From a virus (Duplodnaviria; Caudoviricetes), in IMG/VR virus record IMGVR_UViG_3300012974_000540, positions 1-64,000 of that record: 64,000 nucleotides of DNA; one strand, 5' to 3'. Within the stretch, counting starts at the first letter, position 1, and each line of letters opens with the position of its first letter. Positions 63,048-64,000 of the stretch are shown here, piece after piece. Both the position numbers and the translations under genes were made by a program. The notes beneath the pieces are model-generated. The model was not told the DNA's origin, did not search any database, and was given only the letters and a program-made list of their open reading frames with translations.

Positions 63048-63233
63048 TCAGGTGTCCTGCATGATCCGCCGGTGCCGGGTGGCGGCGAGCGCCGCTTCCG
63101 CCACCGCCGCTTCCGCCAGTTCGCTGATGGTGCGGCCGCTCTCGTCGGCGACGAGCTGCAGGCGGTGCAGCGTGTCGGCGTCCACATAGACGCGGAGGAA
63201 CGTCCCTCCCCGCCCGGCATCGTTCACGGCCAT
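63048..63233 (-). CDS. ribbon-helix-helix-like protein
   Basis: LRVYVDADTLHRLQLVADESGRTISELAEAAV. Confidence 0.55.
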   Translation of the reverse strand: MAVNDAGRGGTFLRVYVDADTLHRLQLVADESGRTISELAEAAVAEAALAATRHRRIMQDT

Positions 63234-63234
63234 C

Positions 63235-63654
63235 CTAGTGCTCCACCCGGCGCATCCTCGGCATGTCGCCGCGATAGTTGATCGGCTGCGCGACATGCGC
63301 CTGGTGCCAGTCGTCCTCCATGTCCTGCGCCCAGGTGGAGCAGGCCTCCAGGCCCTCGACAAAGCCCACCTCTTCGGCCACCCGCCACAGGATCTCGGGC
63401 GATGGCGTGCCCTTCGACAGGAGGTTCGTCAGCGACAGGTGGCGGACGGGGCCGACCGGGTGGCCCAGCTCGATCGACAGGATCGCCAGCAGGCCGCCGC
63501 GCAGCAGCACGGCCCGGCCATCCAGGCTCTCCTGAAGCTGCTTCCGGCGGGCGGGATCATCCGACGCTTCCCGCTCCATCGCGATGTGGAAGGGCTTGTC
63601 GGCGGCTTTCTGGCGCATCTCGCGCAGCGCGTCGCATTCCTGTTGTGTCAGCAT
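63235..63654 (-). CDS. hypothetical protein
   Basis: SIE.GHP.GP.RHLS; AHVAQPI. Confidence 0.6.
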   Translation of the reverse strand: MLTQQECDALREMRQKAADKPFHIAMEREASDDPARRKQLQESLDGRAVLLRGGLLAILSIELGHPVGPVRHLSLTNLLSKGTPSPEILWRVAEEVGFVEGLEACSTWAQDMEDDWHQAHVAQPINYRGDMPRMRRVEH

Positions 63655-64000
63655 CCTGGTGGTCCGTGGTGGGTGGCTCCGGTGGACATCGGCGCCGAGC
63701 GGTGACTAGGATCGTCTTCCCTGCTCTGCGGGGATGACGCCACTCTGACGTCCATTCCGATGGTCTCCCCGCTCAGCGGGGACGGCGGCGCTGGCAAGGT
63801 TCGCAGCGCCGCCTCACGACCTGCCACCGCTCCACCGCCCGACCAGCACGCGCGCGTCGGCCTGGATGCGCCGCTCCGCTGCCTGCTCCATGGCGGCCTG
63901 GGTGCGCGCGGCGGCCTGCACATGCGCATCGACCCAGTTCAGCAGGGCGCGCAGCATCCCGGCCGCGTCGCGGCAGTCGGCATCCTGGCGCAGATCGAGG

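Noticed and set aside
63577-63590. Operator-like CATCGCGATGTG
   Set aside because: A partial match inside a coding region, likely chance.

Overview
This 64 kb window is GC-rich (~70% by eye) and comes from a large temperate tailed phage, probably a phage-plasmid. GcrA- and GapR-like genes point to an alphaproteobacterial host. Layout: tail and lysis genes (1-12.9 kb, +); plasmid-type Rep/ParA, dCMP deaminase, ThyX, GcrA, SSB, ERF and YqaJ (13-22.2 kb, -); a long leftward array of small accessory genes (22.3-36.7 kb and 44.1-46.6 kb); primase-helicase, GapR, VRR-NUC and a cro/cI-like switch (36.9-43.1 kb); terminase, a Ro60/Y RNA locus, portal and hypothetical genes (47.3-64 kb). The main discovery is that most gene junctions in the accessory array carry a hammerhead-ribozyme fold on the minus strand. 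I count 27 type II copies, 1 degenerate copy and 2 type III permutations. Each sits between the end of one gene and the start of the next, and the stems covary. In 16 of the 27 type II copies the core has a non-canonical A3.G8 pair, and in 12 of them it reads AUGAGGA-G and doubles as the Shine-Dalgarno sequence. This suggests a self-dicing polycistron, or ribozyme-bounded gene cassettes that might circularise. Other notable elements are a Ro60 (TROVE) gene with two Y RNAs (one a tRNA-mimicking YrlA), a terminase fractured by a split intein around a free-standing GIY-YIG endonuclease, a repeated TCACATCGCGATGTGA operator, and dispersed TTTCGCCGGCGAAA palindromes. All calls were made by eye from the sequence and motifs; no database searches or folding programs were run.
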